Source of the DNA: a virus
Lineage: Duplodnaviria > Caudoviricetes
DNA length: 61,652 bases
Reading direction: 5' to 3' (one strand)
Virus record (IMG/VR): IMGVR_UViG_3300025011_000043
Coordinates: 1 to 61,652 of that record
A program made the translations under genes and the position numbers. The notes under the pieces are model-generated. The model had not been told where the DNA came from. It did no database searches and saw only the letters and a list, made by a program, of their open reading frames with translations. Within the stretch, counting starts at the first letter, position 1. Each line of letters begins with the position of its first letter. Below are positions 27,922 to 37,189 of this stretch, one piece after another.

Positions 27922-27977
27922 ATGCGTTATCGCCTTTTCTTATTTATAATTATACACTATGCGTTACCGTATGTCAA
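27922..27977 (-). promoter_or_regulatory. Consensus sigmaA promoter with repeated operator
   Basis: TTGACA-N17-TATAAT on minus strand; ATGCGTTAYCG at 27922 and 27959. Confidence 0.8.
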
Positions 27978-28117
27978 CACGATTTTAATAAAAAGTAGGT
28001 GATTTTATTAAAAAGTTTTTTCAGTCTACAGCACTGGTTCCAAAAGCAAACCTGCCCCAAAATAGAACATCTTGCTATCATCAGCAAAACGATTACATAG
28101 ACGCGGAATGGTACGAA

Positions 28118-30682
28118 ATGCAGGAAAAGCAAGGCTTTAACGCTAGAGGCTATTATCAGATCGTTGCTCCCGAGCATAAAGCTATCCGCATCCGTCCCGA
28201 CACATCGGCCCGGAACTGGCACACGGAGGACATAGCTAAATCTATTTCCGATGCTTTTAAAATACCTCTGGATAGGTTTTACTTTGAAGATGGTTGGAAG
28301 CTCCGATACAGGCAACCAGACCGGGCAACCTGGGAGATCGATTATACTAAAGACAGTATAGATTTTCTCCTGACAGTGCCGGGAGATCGCGTTGATTCTT
28401 GGGTTCGCCGGTTGTCCGGTATATGGGATAAGTCAACTATTAAGATAGATAACGATTACCGGGACACCTTGGAAACCGACAAAACTACTATTATCAAGCT
28501 GGTATACCGCAAGCATGATATGTATTCGCTGATGACCGACAGCAAAAACAACCTGCCTTTGCCGTCCCTGCTCCAGGCCGTTAAATCTCTCGAGGTAGGT
28601 GACAAGGCCAAAGTATTTGTATTTTTCGACCCTGTAGGCCGCCTTGATTGGAGCGCGACATACCAGGAAGCCTGGGAAATGCTCAGGAACGGCAGGCAGC
28701 CGGTAAAAAGGAATGGTGACGCTCGAGCGTATTTTCGTTTAGGCCTAACCTGCACTGGTCAGCTGATGCAGGAGGTTATGACGGGCCTGGGTGACATGAT
28801 CAAGTCTGACAAACAGGAAAACAGGTACGCGAAAAAAGAGATTGATCCGGAAGCTGGCCTGTTTGCGATAGAAAACTTAACATCGGCCACAAAGCGTAAA
28901 GGCGGCATGGGGGCGCTTAGAACTTACATTTGGATAGTGGCGCAGTCAGAGGACAAAGGCCGCAGGGAATCAACTGCCCGCACTCTTGCAGGAGCTTTTG
29001 CTGACCTTGCCGGGGATAACGAGCTTGAAGCCAGGGAGATTAAGAACCGCAAAAAGAAAGCTGCAGCTATAAAGGCGATCACGACCAAGCGACTCCCAAA
29101 GCTGAAATTTAACCATAGCATTTTAAGCACAGCAGAGGCCGGTAAACTCATTCAGATCCCAGGGCGCGAGTTACAGGAGGATTACCCACAGATCAACGGC
29201 ATTAAGTTACAGGAGGTAACTTTACCTGCAGAGCTTTTCGGCACCTTCGGCATCCCGCTGGGTAAGGTAACAGACCGGGGTGTTACGCGTGAGGCTAAAC
29301 TGCCTATCAGCGACCCAGATATTGAGTGTAAAGGAGAGATAAATTATGGCAATATGGGAAGTGGTAAAACGGGGAGGGGAATCACTGTTGCTGTTGCCGC
29401 TATTACTTATGGTAGAACCGTTTTTTACTTTGATATGGCAGACGGTGATGCTATTAATCAGGTGAGGGATGCTTTACCCTCCGACATTCCCGATCACAAA
29501 ATTCTTGACCTAGATTTCGGCAACAAGCACTGGCCAATACCTCTGACCTTGACTGACGTTGCTTTGCGCGGGATGCAGGGGGAAAGTGACGAACTGGCCG
29601 CCTTGGACGCTGCAGAGCGGATGACTGACTACATATACACTTTTATCAACCAACTGGCATCTAGTGAGTTTTCAGACCGGATGGAGTATTTTCTTACTCC
29701 TGTAGGTAAGGGCGTACTGACGGATCCTAAGTGTGGCCTGCTTGACGTGGTGCTAGCCTTATCCTCTCCCGTCTACCGGGAAGAACTGTTAGCTGACCCT
29801 GTTATCCAGTCACAGCCGGAAGTGGTTGACGTGCTCAGGGAGTTACAAGCTAAAGCCGTCAAGGGTAGCGATAAAACACTGGTGCAGCCCATCCTCGATC
29901 GGCTGAATTTGCTGGCCGGGAAAAGGACGCTGGCCAATATTTTTTTACAGCAGGAGAAGCTGGGAACGAACGGCAAGCCTATGCTTGATTTTCGTCGGAT
30001 GATGGACGAAGGTGGTTACTTTGTCGGACTGAGAATACCCAAAGCTGAGCTGGGTAAGGACGGAGTTAACCGAGTAGCTAGTTTTCTGATGGCAAAAATA
30101 TGGCTTGCTACTCTAAGCCGCCTGGATACGACGCAGAACAAGCGCAGACCGTTCTATACCATCATTGACGAACCACACAACTGCCTTGAAGGTACCGGGC
30201 CACTCCTGGACGGTGAGATCGGAGTTGAGGCCCGGAAGTATCGAAACAAGATGGTGTTTTTAGCTCACAGCGCGGAGCAGTTCGGAAAATTTAAGTCAGG
30301 GATTTACGCCGGGGGGCCGTTTTTCAACTTTTTTAAGACTGAGTATATTAAGACTTTTACCGACCATGCCGAGAAACTAAACCCACTGGAAGCCCGGAGC
30401 CTTTATGAGCAACTACCTAAACGATGGGTTGCTGCTTGTAAAATGGAGCTGCCTGGGACGGATAGCTTACCTGCATTTATATGTCACATGACGCCGCCGC
30501 CGAAGCCAGTTAAGGATCGGAGTTATCGGCGGGGTGAATGTTCAAAACAGTTCGGGCGACATTGGAAAGAAGTTACTGAGTATATACAGGAGAAAAGACG
30601 GATTACACTGTTGGACGAGGCTTGGAGAGAGGAACGAAAAGAGGAAGCCAAAGCCCAAAAGAAAAATAAAAAGGGGGACTAA
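28118..30682 (+). CDS. VirB4/VirD4/HerA-FtsK superfamily ATPase
   Basis: Walker A GNMGSGKT, Walker B YTIIDEPH, EARKY..FLAHS motif. Confidence 0.8.
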   Translation: MQEKQGFNARGYYQIVAPEHKAIRIRPDTSARNWHTEDIAKSISDAFKIPLDRFYFEDGWKLRYRQPDRATWEIDYTKDSIDFLLTVPGDRVDSWVRRLSGIWDKSTIKIDNDYRDTLETDKTTIIKLVYRKHDMYSLMTDSKNNLPLPSLLQAVKSLEVGDKAKVFVFFDPVGRLDWSATYQEAWEMLRNGRQPVKRNGDARAYFRLGLTCTGQLMQEVMTGLGDMIKSDKQENRYAKKEIDPEAGLFAIENLTSATKRKGGMGALRTYIWIVAQSEDKGRRESTARTLAGAFADLAGDNELEAREIKNRKKKAAAIKAITTKRLPKLKFNHSILSTAEAGKLIQIPGRELQEDYPQINGIKLQEVTLPAELFGTFGIPLGKVTDRGVTREAKLPISDPDIECKGEINYGNMGSGKTGRGITVAVAAITYGRTVFYFDMADGDAINQVRDALPSDIPDHKILDLDFGNKHWPIPLTLTDVALRGMQGESDELAALDAAERMTDYIYTFINQLASSEFSDRMEYFLTPVGKGVLTDPKCGLLDVVLALSSPVYREELLADPVIQSQPEVVDVLRELQAKAVKGSDKTLVQPILDRLNLLAGKRTLANIFLQQEKLGTNGKPMLDFRRMMDEGGYFVGLRIPKAELGKDGVNRVASFLMAKIWLATLSRLDTTQNKRRPFYTIIDEPHNCLEGTGPLLDGEIGVEARKYRNKMVFLAHSAEQFGKFKSGIYAGGPFFNFFKTEYIKTFTDHAEKLNPLEARSLYEQLPKRWVAACKMELPGTDSLPAFICHMTPPPKPVKDRSYRRGECSKQFGRHWKEVTEYIQEKRRITLLDEAWREERKEEAKAQKKNKKGD

Positions 30683-30685
30683 GAT

Positions 30686-31342
30686 ATGCTTATACAGGTT
30701 CCAGCGGCGACAAAGATAGTTGGCTTAATATTTTGCGGTGTTATGGTAATGGCTAATGCGGCTAGTAGTTTTTTGGGTATGTTCTCAGAAAAACCACATA
30801 TATCAGATTATGGTAGTCACTATGAAATACTGACGCCGCTTAAAAACGGCATGATGATAGTTAATATCAATAAAAATATTGCGTTTTGGGAAGAAGGTTT
30901 TGACGAGTGCGAAATTGTTAATAAAAATGGCGAAAGGGTTAAGCAGTGGGTGCTTGGGGAAAATTTAAACAGCTTTTGTAATAAATTGACCAAAGAAGAA
31001 AAAAGTATTTATGATAAATATGTAAAATTAGTAGAAAGTAAACAATCATATCAGGAGTTATTAAACGATTGTAAAGATGCAACTTCAAAAGTAGTAATCG
31101 AACGATATAACCCTGAATCACCATTGGTTTGCGGTAAATACAGAGATTATAGTTTTATCGGCAAAGTTTATGATAGTCCTAGCGACTCAGGTATTGATGG
31201 CGGGAGAATATCAAAGCTTACAATAAGAAATATAAAAGGTGATTTAAAAGCTGATTATGACCGGGGTTGGAGTGTGAAGCCAAAGAAAAAAGACATGGAG
31301 GCATATCAGTTAATTAAAGATAGCTTGGAGCATTTTAAATAA
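30686..31342 (+). CDS. Hypothetical protein
   Basis: AT-rich ORF; C-terminal GIDGGRISKL..YDRGW domain. Confidence 0.65.
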   Translation: MLIQVPAATKIVGLIFCGVMVMANAASSFLGMFSEKPHISDYGSHYEILTPLKNGMMIVNINKNIAFWEEGFDECEIVNKNGERVKQWVLGENLNSFCNKLTKEEKSIYDKYVKLVESKQSYQELLNDCKDATSKVVIERYNPESPLVCGKYRDYSFIGKVYDSPSDSGIDGGRISKLTIRNIKGDLKADYDRGWSVKPKKKDMEAYQLIKDSLEHFK

Positions 31343-31371
31343 TTTTAAGTTTAAGTAAAACAGGCTAGGCT

Positions 31372-31440
31372 CTCCATGATGAAGCCTGGCGGGAGGAACG
31401 GCAGGCCCAGGCGAAAGAAGCAAAGAAGAAAAAGCAGTAA
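31372..31440 (+). pseudogene. Relic second copy of the ATPase 3' end
   Basis: LHDEAWREERQAQAKEAKKKKQ* versus ATPase LLDEAWREERKEEAKAQKKNKKGD*. Confidence 0.65.
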
Positions 31441-31501
31441 ACTATTGACAACTAATATAAACTGCTGTAGTATAATTATAAAAACTACAGGTGGTTATAG
31501 C

Positions 31502-31678
31502 TTGGATAATCTCGATAAGATATACACAACAGAACAGGTTACGGAATACCTTCAATTACCCAAGGAAACGGTATGGAAACTAATTAGGACTGGAAAACTG
31601 CCAGCGCTTAAGATAGGTAGGCACTACAGGATATACGAAAAAGATTTAAAAAAGTTTCTTGAACAGGCCGCTAAATAG
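31502..31678 (+). CDS. Excisionase-like HTH_17 protein
   Basis: YTTEQVTEYLQLPKETVWKLIRTGKLPALKIGRHYRI. Confidence 0.8.
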   Translation: MDNLDKIYTTEQVTEYLQLPKETVWKLIRTGKLPALKIGRHYRIYEKDLKKFLEQAAK

Positions 31679-31759
31679 GCGGCTTTTTATTTTAAAAATA
31701 AACTAATAAAAACTATTGTATAATAAGATATGGGCAAAATACAGAGAGGGGATAAAATA

Positions 31760-32173
31760 ATGAGATTATGGCACGAAAAACTCATACCTATACTTCCCGA
31801 TGCTCAGTTACTTGGTCAGCATCGGGAATGTGCAGCTTTACGTGGTAACGGTTGGGGCAAAAAACATAGCATTGTTGATTATGTTTTCACACATAGTTAT
31901 GCCATGTTATTTTCATACCATGTGAAAGTCATGGAGGAAATGATTCGGCGCGGTTTTAAGGTATCATACGAATGGACTGTTTCACAATATCGGGGTAAAA
32001 ATTGTCCGGTGGCCGATTATGAGTTCTATATGAACAATCATAGTTATGCCGACAATCGAGAATGTGTATACCCTGAGCATAATGATGATTATTTACAAGA
32101 ATGTTTAGATAATCTTAAGGGTAAGGGTATTGTTATTGAGAATGGGGTTAACCGATTGACAAGTAAATTGTAG
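31760..32173 (+). CDS. Pyrimidine-dimer DNA glycosylase-like protein (TIGR02328-like)
   Basis: MRLWH..LI..LP..QLLGQHREC.ALRG.GWGKKH..VDYVF. Confidence 0.8.
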   Translation: MRLWHEKLIPILPDAQLLGQHRECAALRGNGWGKKHSIVDYVFTHSYAMLFSYHVKVMEEMIRRGFKVSYEWTVSQYRGKNCPVADYEFYMNNHSYADNRECVYPEHNDDYLQECLDNLKGKGIVIENGVNRLTSKL

Positions 32174-32185
32174 GGGGTTTGGAAT

Positions 32186-32563
32186 ATGATAAATACTGAA
32201 GTTAATTTTAACGCATTAATTGGAAAAACATTAACCGAAATAGAGGTAAATGCTGGTAAGGATAATATAACCTTTAGTTGTGACGACGGAACTATATTTA
32301 ATATGTTCCATGAGCAAGATTGTTGCGAAAATGTTACTGTCGATGATATTTGTGGCGCATTGGTAGATATATTGGGATCGCCCATTATAATGGCAGACGA
32401 ATCTACTAGCTATGAAAATCCCAAAAGTGATTACGACAATAGTTTCACATGGACATTTTACAAACTTGCAACAATTAAGGGCTACGTAACGATAAAGTGA
32501 TATGGGGAATCTAACGGTTATTATTCTGAGGATGTAAGTTTTTTCGAGAGTAATGAAGAATAA
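32186..32563 (+). pseudogene. Conserved phage protein interrupted by an in-frame TGA
   Basis: ...[43 protein letters not shown]. Confidence 0.7.
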
Positions 32564-32564
32564 A

Positions 32565-33371
32565 TTACTTACTAAATAACTTCCTCCACCACGGCAACTT
32601 CTTCTTTTGCCGCCATGATTCTATAAATTCGTCAACACGCGAAACATGACTGATAAGGTGCTCAACTTTTTTATGGAGTTGAGCATTTTCTGTTTTTAGC
32701 TCCTGGTTTTCGGCCCGGATATGATTCAGAGCTTCTGTAAAATCTTTTATAACTAAAGTGTAGTTATTTAATTCATCCCTGGTAACGAAATTTTCTACAA
32801 CGGAAGGGATGTATTCTGACACTTCTATAGATTCTACTTCCGATCCCTCTAGGTTCGGAACTTCTTGTACTTCCGGAACTTCTTCTGGAATAGGGGCCCG
32901 GAACTTCTTCTCCAAACTATTCTTAACTTCAATAACACTATCATAGCTAATTTTCCAATAGTCTCCGGCAGGCCCTGGAACCTTCCATGCTAAGAGTTTA
33001 CCAGTATCGCACCATTTATATATTGTCTTTGTGGACTTACCTATAATGTTATGTGCCTCTGAAACTGTTATGGTTTTTATGTTGTCTATATCAGTTTTCA
33101 AGTTATCCACAGCCTCACTTCCAGTCTGGAACTTCTTAGCTTCCGTTCCGGAACTTCCAACGCTTAGATCGGAAGTTCCAAACCTGTCTTTGTAGGTATG
33201 TATTGTCTCCGTTATCCCTAAAAGATAAGATCTTAAAGAATTAATATAATAACCACCATTATTAAGATTATTATTAGGTTTGGAACTTCCGGAACCCACT
33301 TCCAAACCTTCCAGAATAGAACTTCCGGAACTTCTTAACCCACCATAATTTAATTTCTTAGCCGCCAACAT
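32565..33371 (-). CDS. HTH plus coiled-coil protein, putative plasmid-type partition/maintenance protein
   Basis: TVSEAHNIIGKSTKTIYKW HTH, coiled coil, C-terminal KKLPWWRKLF; RBS GGAGGGG. Confidence 0.65.
   Translation of the reverse strand: MLAAKKLNYGGLRSSGSSILEGLEVGSGSSKPNNNLNNGGYYINSLRSYLLGITETIHTYKDRFGTSDLSVGSSGTEAKKFQTGSEAVDNLKTDIDNIKTITVSEAHNIIGKSTKTIYKWCDTGKLLAWKVPGPAGDYWKISYDSVIEVKNSLEKKFRAPIPEEVPEVQEVPNLEGSEVESIEVSEYIPSVVENFVTRDELNNYTLVIKDFTEALNHIRAENQELKTENAQLHKKVEHLISHVSRVDEFIESWRQKKKLPWWRKLFSK
32857..33334. repeat. GGAACTTC repeat cluster
   Basis: Exact copies at 32857, 32875, 32900, 33128, 33150, 33282, 33327 and inverted at 33172. Confidence 0.75.
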
Positions 33372-33425
33372 TTTAAATTTCCCCTCCGCTCTAAAATTTT
33401 CAATAAAATTCTAAGCGGTAAGGAG

Positions 33426-33582
33426 TTGACATTCTGGCCTGCATAATCTAAAATAATAAACAGCAAAGCAGGCAGGGGCAAAGCCTCCGCTTTAGGTAAA
33501 AGGGACCCAAACTTTGGTCGGTGGGGGTTCCTTTCGGCATTTATTTGACAATAATTTTAGCATTACCCGGCTAAAAATACAA
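33426..33582. promoter_or_regulatory. Convergent promoters flanking a two-hairpin RNA (antisense-type control)
   Basis: + TTGACA-N17-TAAAAT (33426-33454); - TTGTAT-N17-TAAAAT (33582-33554); hairpins at 33465-33493 and 33499-33534. Confidence 0.6.
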
Positions 33583-33870
33583 CGTAATTTATTAAACCCG
33601 GCACAGGTGGCCGGGTTTTTGTGATCTATGAGTTAACCGCTTTTTTCTCTTTAGTATCGGTAAAGATTCCTTTTTTGGTCACTACGTAATCCGCCAATCC
33701 CTTTAAGTCAACTTCATTGTTGTTTTTCAAGCGGCAGCCCCCTTTAAATATATTTAATAATATATACGTTAAAGGGTTAAGTTTTTCCTGCCCATAATTC
33801 AAAAAAATCGTACAAATGTTTGCCTATTAATTTACGACACATAGTTTTAATTTTCGACATTTGTTTATGA

Positions 33871-34239
33871 TTATGAATTTTCTAGTATAGCTTTTATTAA
33901 ATAATCCAGCTGCTTAGGCGTTAGCCCTTTTCGGGCGGCTTCGCTGGTTAGTTTTATAAAAGGTACGTTATTTTCATCAACCACGAATGCTTTTTCTTCA
34001 TCTGAAAGATGTTGTAGTATTTCTACTGGGCCGATAACGTTACCATCAATAAAGTAATCCACCCTAACACCTAATACCTTCGCCAACTTTTTTAATGTCT
34101 CAGTGGACGCTCCGCTTCGCTTGCCGCTTATTAATTCCGATATAATGGATTTACTTACGCCGCTTTCATTTGCCAGCTCTACAGCCTTTCTATTTCTTAT
34201 TATTAGCATATCGTTTATTTTTTCGCCTAAAGACTTCAA
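33871..34239 (-). CDS. CI-like XRE repressor
   Basis: ELANESGVSKSIISELISGKR..LKKLAKVLGV; divergent from Cro-like genes. Confidence 0.85.
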   Translation of the reverse strand: MKSLGEKINDMLIIRNRKAVELANESGVSKSIISELISGKRSGASTETLKKLAKVLGVRVDYFIDGNVIGPVEILQHLSDEEKAFVVDENNVPFIKLTSEAARKGLTPKQLDYLIKAILENS

Positions 34240-34262
34240 AATATAATCACCTCCACATAATA

Positions 34263-34420
34263 AATTCTACATTGCGAACTAATTGCCTTTAAAACTTATG
34301 CGAACTTTTTTGTAAATATGCTTGACAGGTTCGCAAAAACGAACTATAATATCAAACATGGCAAGCAAAGAGCAGAGATAGCTCATTTATTTTTATGAAA
34401 GTAGTTCGCAAATTAGAACT
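34263..34420 (+). promoter_or_regulatory. Early lytic promoter with GTTCG-N6-CGAAC-type operators
   Basis: TTGACA 34322-N17-TATAAT 34345; operator fills the spacer; related sites near 34263, 34290 and 34403. Confidence 0.85.
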
Positions 34421-34464
34421 ATTATAACCGAAGTGATAAAAAATTATGAGGAGGTGAACTGAAA

Positions 34465-34689
34465 TTGATTGGGGATAAAGTTCGTTTTTACAGGACCAGC
34501 AAGGATCTTACATTGGCAGAACTTGCCCAGTTGTCGGGATTAGGCAAAGGTCATATCTCGGATATCGAGAACGACAAGCGTAAAAATATCGGTATTGAAA
34601 CAGTATTAAAATTAGCCGATGCGCTTGGGGTTAATATTCAAGATTTGGCCGGAGATGCGACGGTTGGAGAGCTTGAAAAATACGCTTAA
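34465..34689 (+). CDS. Cro-like XRE HTH
   Basis: LTLAELAQLSGLGKGHISDIEN. Confidence 0.85.
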   Translation: MIGDKVRFYRTSKDLTLAELAQLSGLGKGHISDIENDKRKNIGIETVLKLADALGVNIQDLAGDATVGELEKYA

Positions 34690-34704
34690 CATGGGTGTGA
34701 CATC

Positions 34705-34908
34705 ATGGATCAACGGCAAATTATAAGCAATATTAAACTGATTTTAAAAGAAAAAAGATTAACACAAAAACAGTTTGCCGAATCGCTGGAAGTTTCAACT
34801 TCGCATGTTTCAAATATTTTAAGCGGCCGGGTAAGAATTAGTTTACCGCTACTGCTTAGGATAACCGGAGTGCTGGGAATTAGACTTATAGATTTAACAA
34901 AAATCTGA
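34705..34908 (+). CDS. XRE HTH protein
   Basis: LTQKQFAESLEVSTSHVSNILSG. Confidence 0.8.
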   Translation: MDQRQIISNIKLILKEKRLTQKQFAESLEVSTSHVSNILSGRVRISLPLLLRITGVLGIRLIDLTKI

Positions 34909-34915
34909 AAAAGCA

Positions 34916-35275
34916 TTGGTGATGCGGATGGGAGAGATCAGGGACAAGAAAATAGCCGAGATGGTTAGAAATGGTTTAAGTGTGGAAGACGTAGCTGTAT
35001 TGTATGGGTTATCTGCCGTGACTGTACGTAAAATCTGTAAAAAGTATGAACCGGAAGACCTGCAAGCTGTTAACGCTCCTATCAAATACGAGAAACGGAT
35101 GGGCAGGCAAAAGCCGATTAAGGACTACGGTGTTATCCAGTGTCCCGGTTGTGGCGGATGGATCAAACCTACATCCGGCACACAGATACGGTGCAAGCAA
35201 TGTGCTAAGAAGATAAGGAGGGCAAGGTATGAAGCAAAGAAAAACGCGAGTACAAAAGACAGAAAGCGAGCTTAG
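34916..35275 (+). CDS. HTH plus Zn-finger protein
   Basis: LSVEDVAVLYGLS..TV..I; CPGC..CKQC. Confidence 0.6.
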   Translation: MVMRMGEIRDKKIAEMVRNGLSVEDVAVLYGLSAVTVRKICKKYEPEDLQAVNAPIKYEKRMGRQKPIKDYGVIQCPGCGGWIKPTSGTQIRCKQCAKKIRRARYEAKKNASTKDRKRA

Positions 35276-35669
35276 ACAAGCTAAAAAGACTATATCCGAT
35301 TTGGAAAAATGTATAGCTGCCCTGTCTGAGAGGATTGAACATGTCCACAGTAAGAGCGAGGGTAGAGACGTCAAGCTGCACAACCATGTCATAGCTACCA
35401 GAGGTGATGTAGATGATTTAAGGAAGGAAATTGTATTAGATTTAAACGCTTTGAAGGATACAGGTGACGCTATGACCGATATAACGGCCGCACACTTTGA
35501 CAGAATTGTGAGGTTGGAGGGTAAAGCCACTAATTCTGCAAGGGACTTATATTGGACTAACGAAAGGATCAGCGATATTAGTAAAAGGGTTCAAATAATG
35601 GAACAAGGTTTTTGGTGCCGGTTGATTAGCAGGTTGTTAGGAAAGAAGGTCAGACATGCCGCTTTATAA
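35229..35669 (+). CDS. Coiled-coil hypothetical protein
   Basis: RBS AAGGAGGG; operon context. Confidence 0.6.
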   Translation: MKQRKTRVQKTESELRQAKKTISDLEKCIAALSERIEHVHSKSEGRDVKLHNHVIATRGDVDDLRKEIVLDLNALKDTGDAMTDITAAHFDRIVRLEGKATNSARDLYWTNERISDISKRVQIMEQGFWCRLISRLLGKKVRHAAL

Positions 35670-36117
35670 ATATCCCAGGATTAAATTTGCTGATACCAAC
35701 ACGATAGAGCAGCAGTTAGAACACATAAGGTCAGAGATCGTTGAGGCTATACAAGCTTTTAACAGGGATAAGCTGGGCGACATGGACATTGAGCTGCATG
35801 ACATCTGTCAGAGTGTTGAGACAGCAAAGCACATACTTGAGGAAAAACACGATATAACGTGCGGTCATAAACCTTTAAGCGCCATGCAAAATGCTACATT
35901 CGACGGTCACTTAAACCACATAACGCTACTGGCAATGGAAGCTGTTATGTGGGGTGAAGAAGGTATTTTACAGGCAGTGTGCATCGAATTGAGCCGGATT
36001 ACTTTTATAGTTGAAGCACTCCATCGCATTAGGGCTGGGGGATCAAGGATTAGCACAGAGGAAGGTAAGAAAGCTATGATACAAAAAAATTATATTAGGG
36101 GGTATTACGAAAGTTGA
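35656..36117 (+). CDS. Hypothetical protein (possible MazG-like)
   Basis: QLEHIRSEIVEA..ELHD..QS; C-terminal KN..RGYY. Confidence 0.5.
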   Translation: MPLYKYPRIKFADTNTIEQQLEHIRSEIVEAIQAFNRDKLGDMDIELHDICQSVETAKHILEEKHDITCGHKPLSAMQNATFDGHLNHITLLAMEAVMWGEEGILQAVCIELSRITFIVEALHRIRAGGSRISTEEGKKAMIQKNYIRGYYES

Positions 36118-36809
36118 AAATTATTAAACCGTTTGTAGTTATTCCGGTAGGGGAGTTAGACCCGAAGAAGGTACAAGCTGTCGAGCGTTATGGTCGTATT
36201 TGCTATAAGTCAGAGGACTTGATTACCGCTGATAGTGCTGAAAAGTTTGTTGCTGGAATTATTAAATCAGGTCACGAATCAGTTATTGAGCATGAAAAAG
36301 CCACTGTGGTTATCACTTGTGACAGAGGCGTTACGCATGAGATTGTCAGGCATCGGATAGGTAGTTACAGTCAAGAGTCTACCCGTTATTGCAACTACGG
36401 CAAGGAAAAGTTTGGGCAAGAGATTACCGTTATCGAACCTTACTTTTACGATAATTCTGTGCTGTATCGAGATTGGTATGATGCTTGTATCGCTACAGAA
36501 GCGTATTACATGTCACTATTAGAACTGGGTAACACACCACAAGAGGCAAGGTCAGTCCTACCGAACAGTCTTAAAACTGAGATTGTTGTAACATTCAACA
36601 TGCGGGAGTGGAGGCACTTTTTTAAATTAAGATGCTCAGCAAAGGCGCATCCGCAAATGAAACAAGTCGCCATACCGCTTTTGCTAAAATTCCAGGAGTG
36701 CTTGCCTGCTTTGTTTGCTGATGTGGATTATGACAGAAGTTTTCCGGCAGAACACTACGCGGAGATCAAGGAGGGCAACTATTGGGTATACGAGAGATTA
36801 GAAAGTTAG
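36114..36809 (+). CDS. thyX: FAD-dependent thymidylate synthase
   Basis: GHESVIEH, THEIVRHR..SYSQESTRY, EARSVLP, HFFKLR. Confidence 0.96.
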   Translation: MKIIKPFVVIPVGELDPKKVQAVERYGRICYKSEDLITADSAEKFVAGIIKSGHESVIEHEKATVVITCDRGVTHEIVRHRIGSYSQESTRYCNYGKEKFGQEITVIEPYFYDNSVLYRDWYDACIATEAYYMSLLELGNTPQEARSVLPNSLKTEIVVTFNMREWRHFFKLRCSAKAHPQMKQVAIPLLLKFQECLPALFADVDYDRSFPAEHYAEIKEGNYWVYERLES

Positions 36810-37165
36810 GCAAAGAATTTTGTGAGACAGAAGGATCACAGCACTATAAAGATGGTGGTGTTGAACCGATTGACCTGATTATTAGCAAAGGTTTAGGTAA
36901 GGACTTTTGCATAGCTAACATAATCAAATATGCTACCCGTTTTAAAAATACAGGTAACCTTGAAGACGTTAAAAAAGCAGTTGATTATGGCCACATTTTA
37001 GCTGGTATTGAGTTGGACAAGCTACAAACTGCCCGAGGTAAGGTAGACAGCGCTATACGGGGTTGTAGGTCCTGCAAGTATTGGCACATGGCTCAAGAAG
37101 CTTCAGGAGGATGCTTGCATTGTGGCAGCAGCAATAATTTTGAGAAATGGGAACCTAAAACTTAA
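36782..37165 (+). CDS. DUF3310-like protein
   Basis: HYKDGGVEPID..FCIANIIKY..R...LEDVKKA. Confidence 0.75.
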   Translation: MGIREIRKLGKEFCETEGSQHYKDGGVEPIDLIISKGLGKDFCIANIIKYATRFKNTGNLEDVKKAVDYGHILAGIELDKLQTARGKVDSAIRGCRSCKYWHMAQEASGGCLHCGSSNNFEKWEPKT

Positions 37166-37189
37166 GGTTTGGAAGCTAAACAATAGGAG

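Noticed and set aside
31502-31678. Excisionase as evidence of integration
   Set aside because: HTH_17 proteins are often plain regulators; no integrase or att site nearby
32498-32500. Genome-wide TGA recoding or selenocysteine
   Set aside because: Many genes end at TGA with ATGA/GTGA coupling; the position looks like Trp rather than Cys
33626-33730. 34-aa minus-strand ORF downstream of the repressor
   Set aside because: Plausible TTG start and RBS but too short and featureless to call
34328-34344. LexA/SOS box
   Set aside because: Firmicute box is GAAC-N4-GTTC; here the half-sites are reversed with N6 spacing, so a phage repressor operator is more likely
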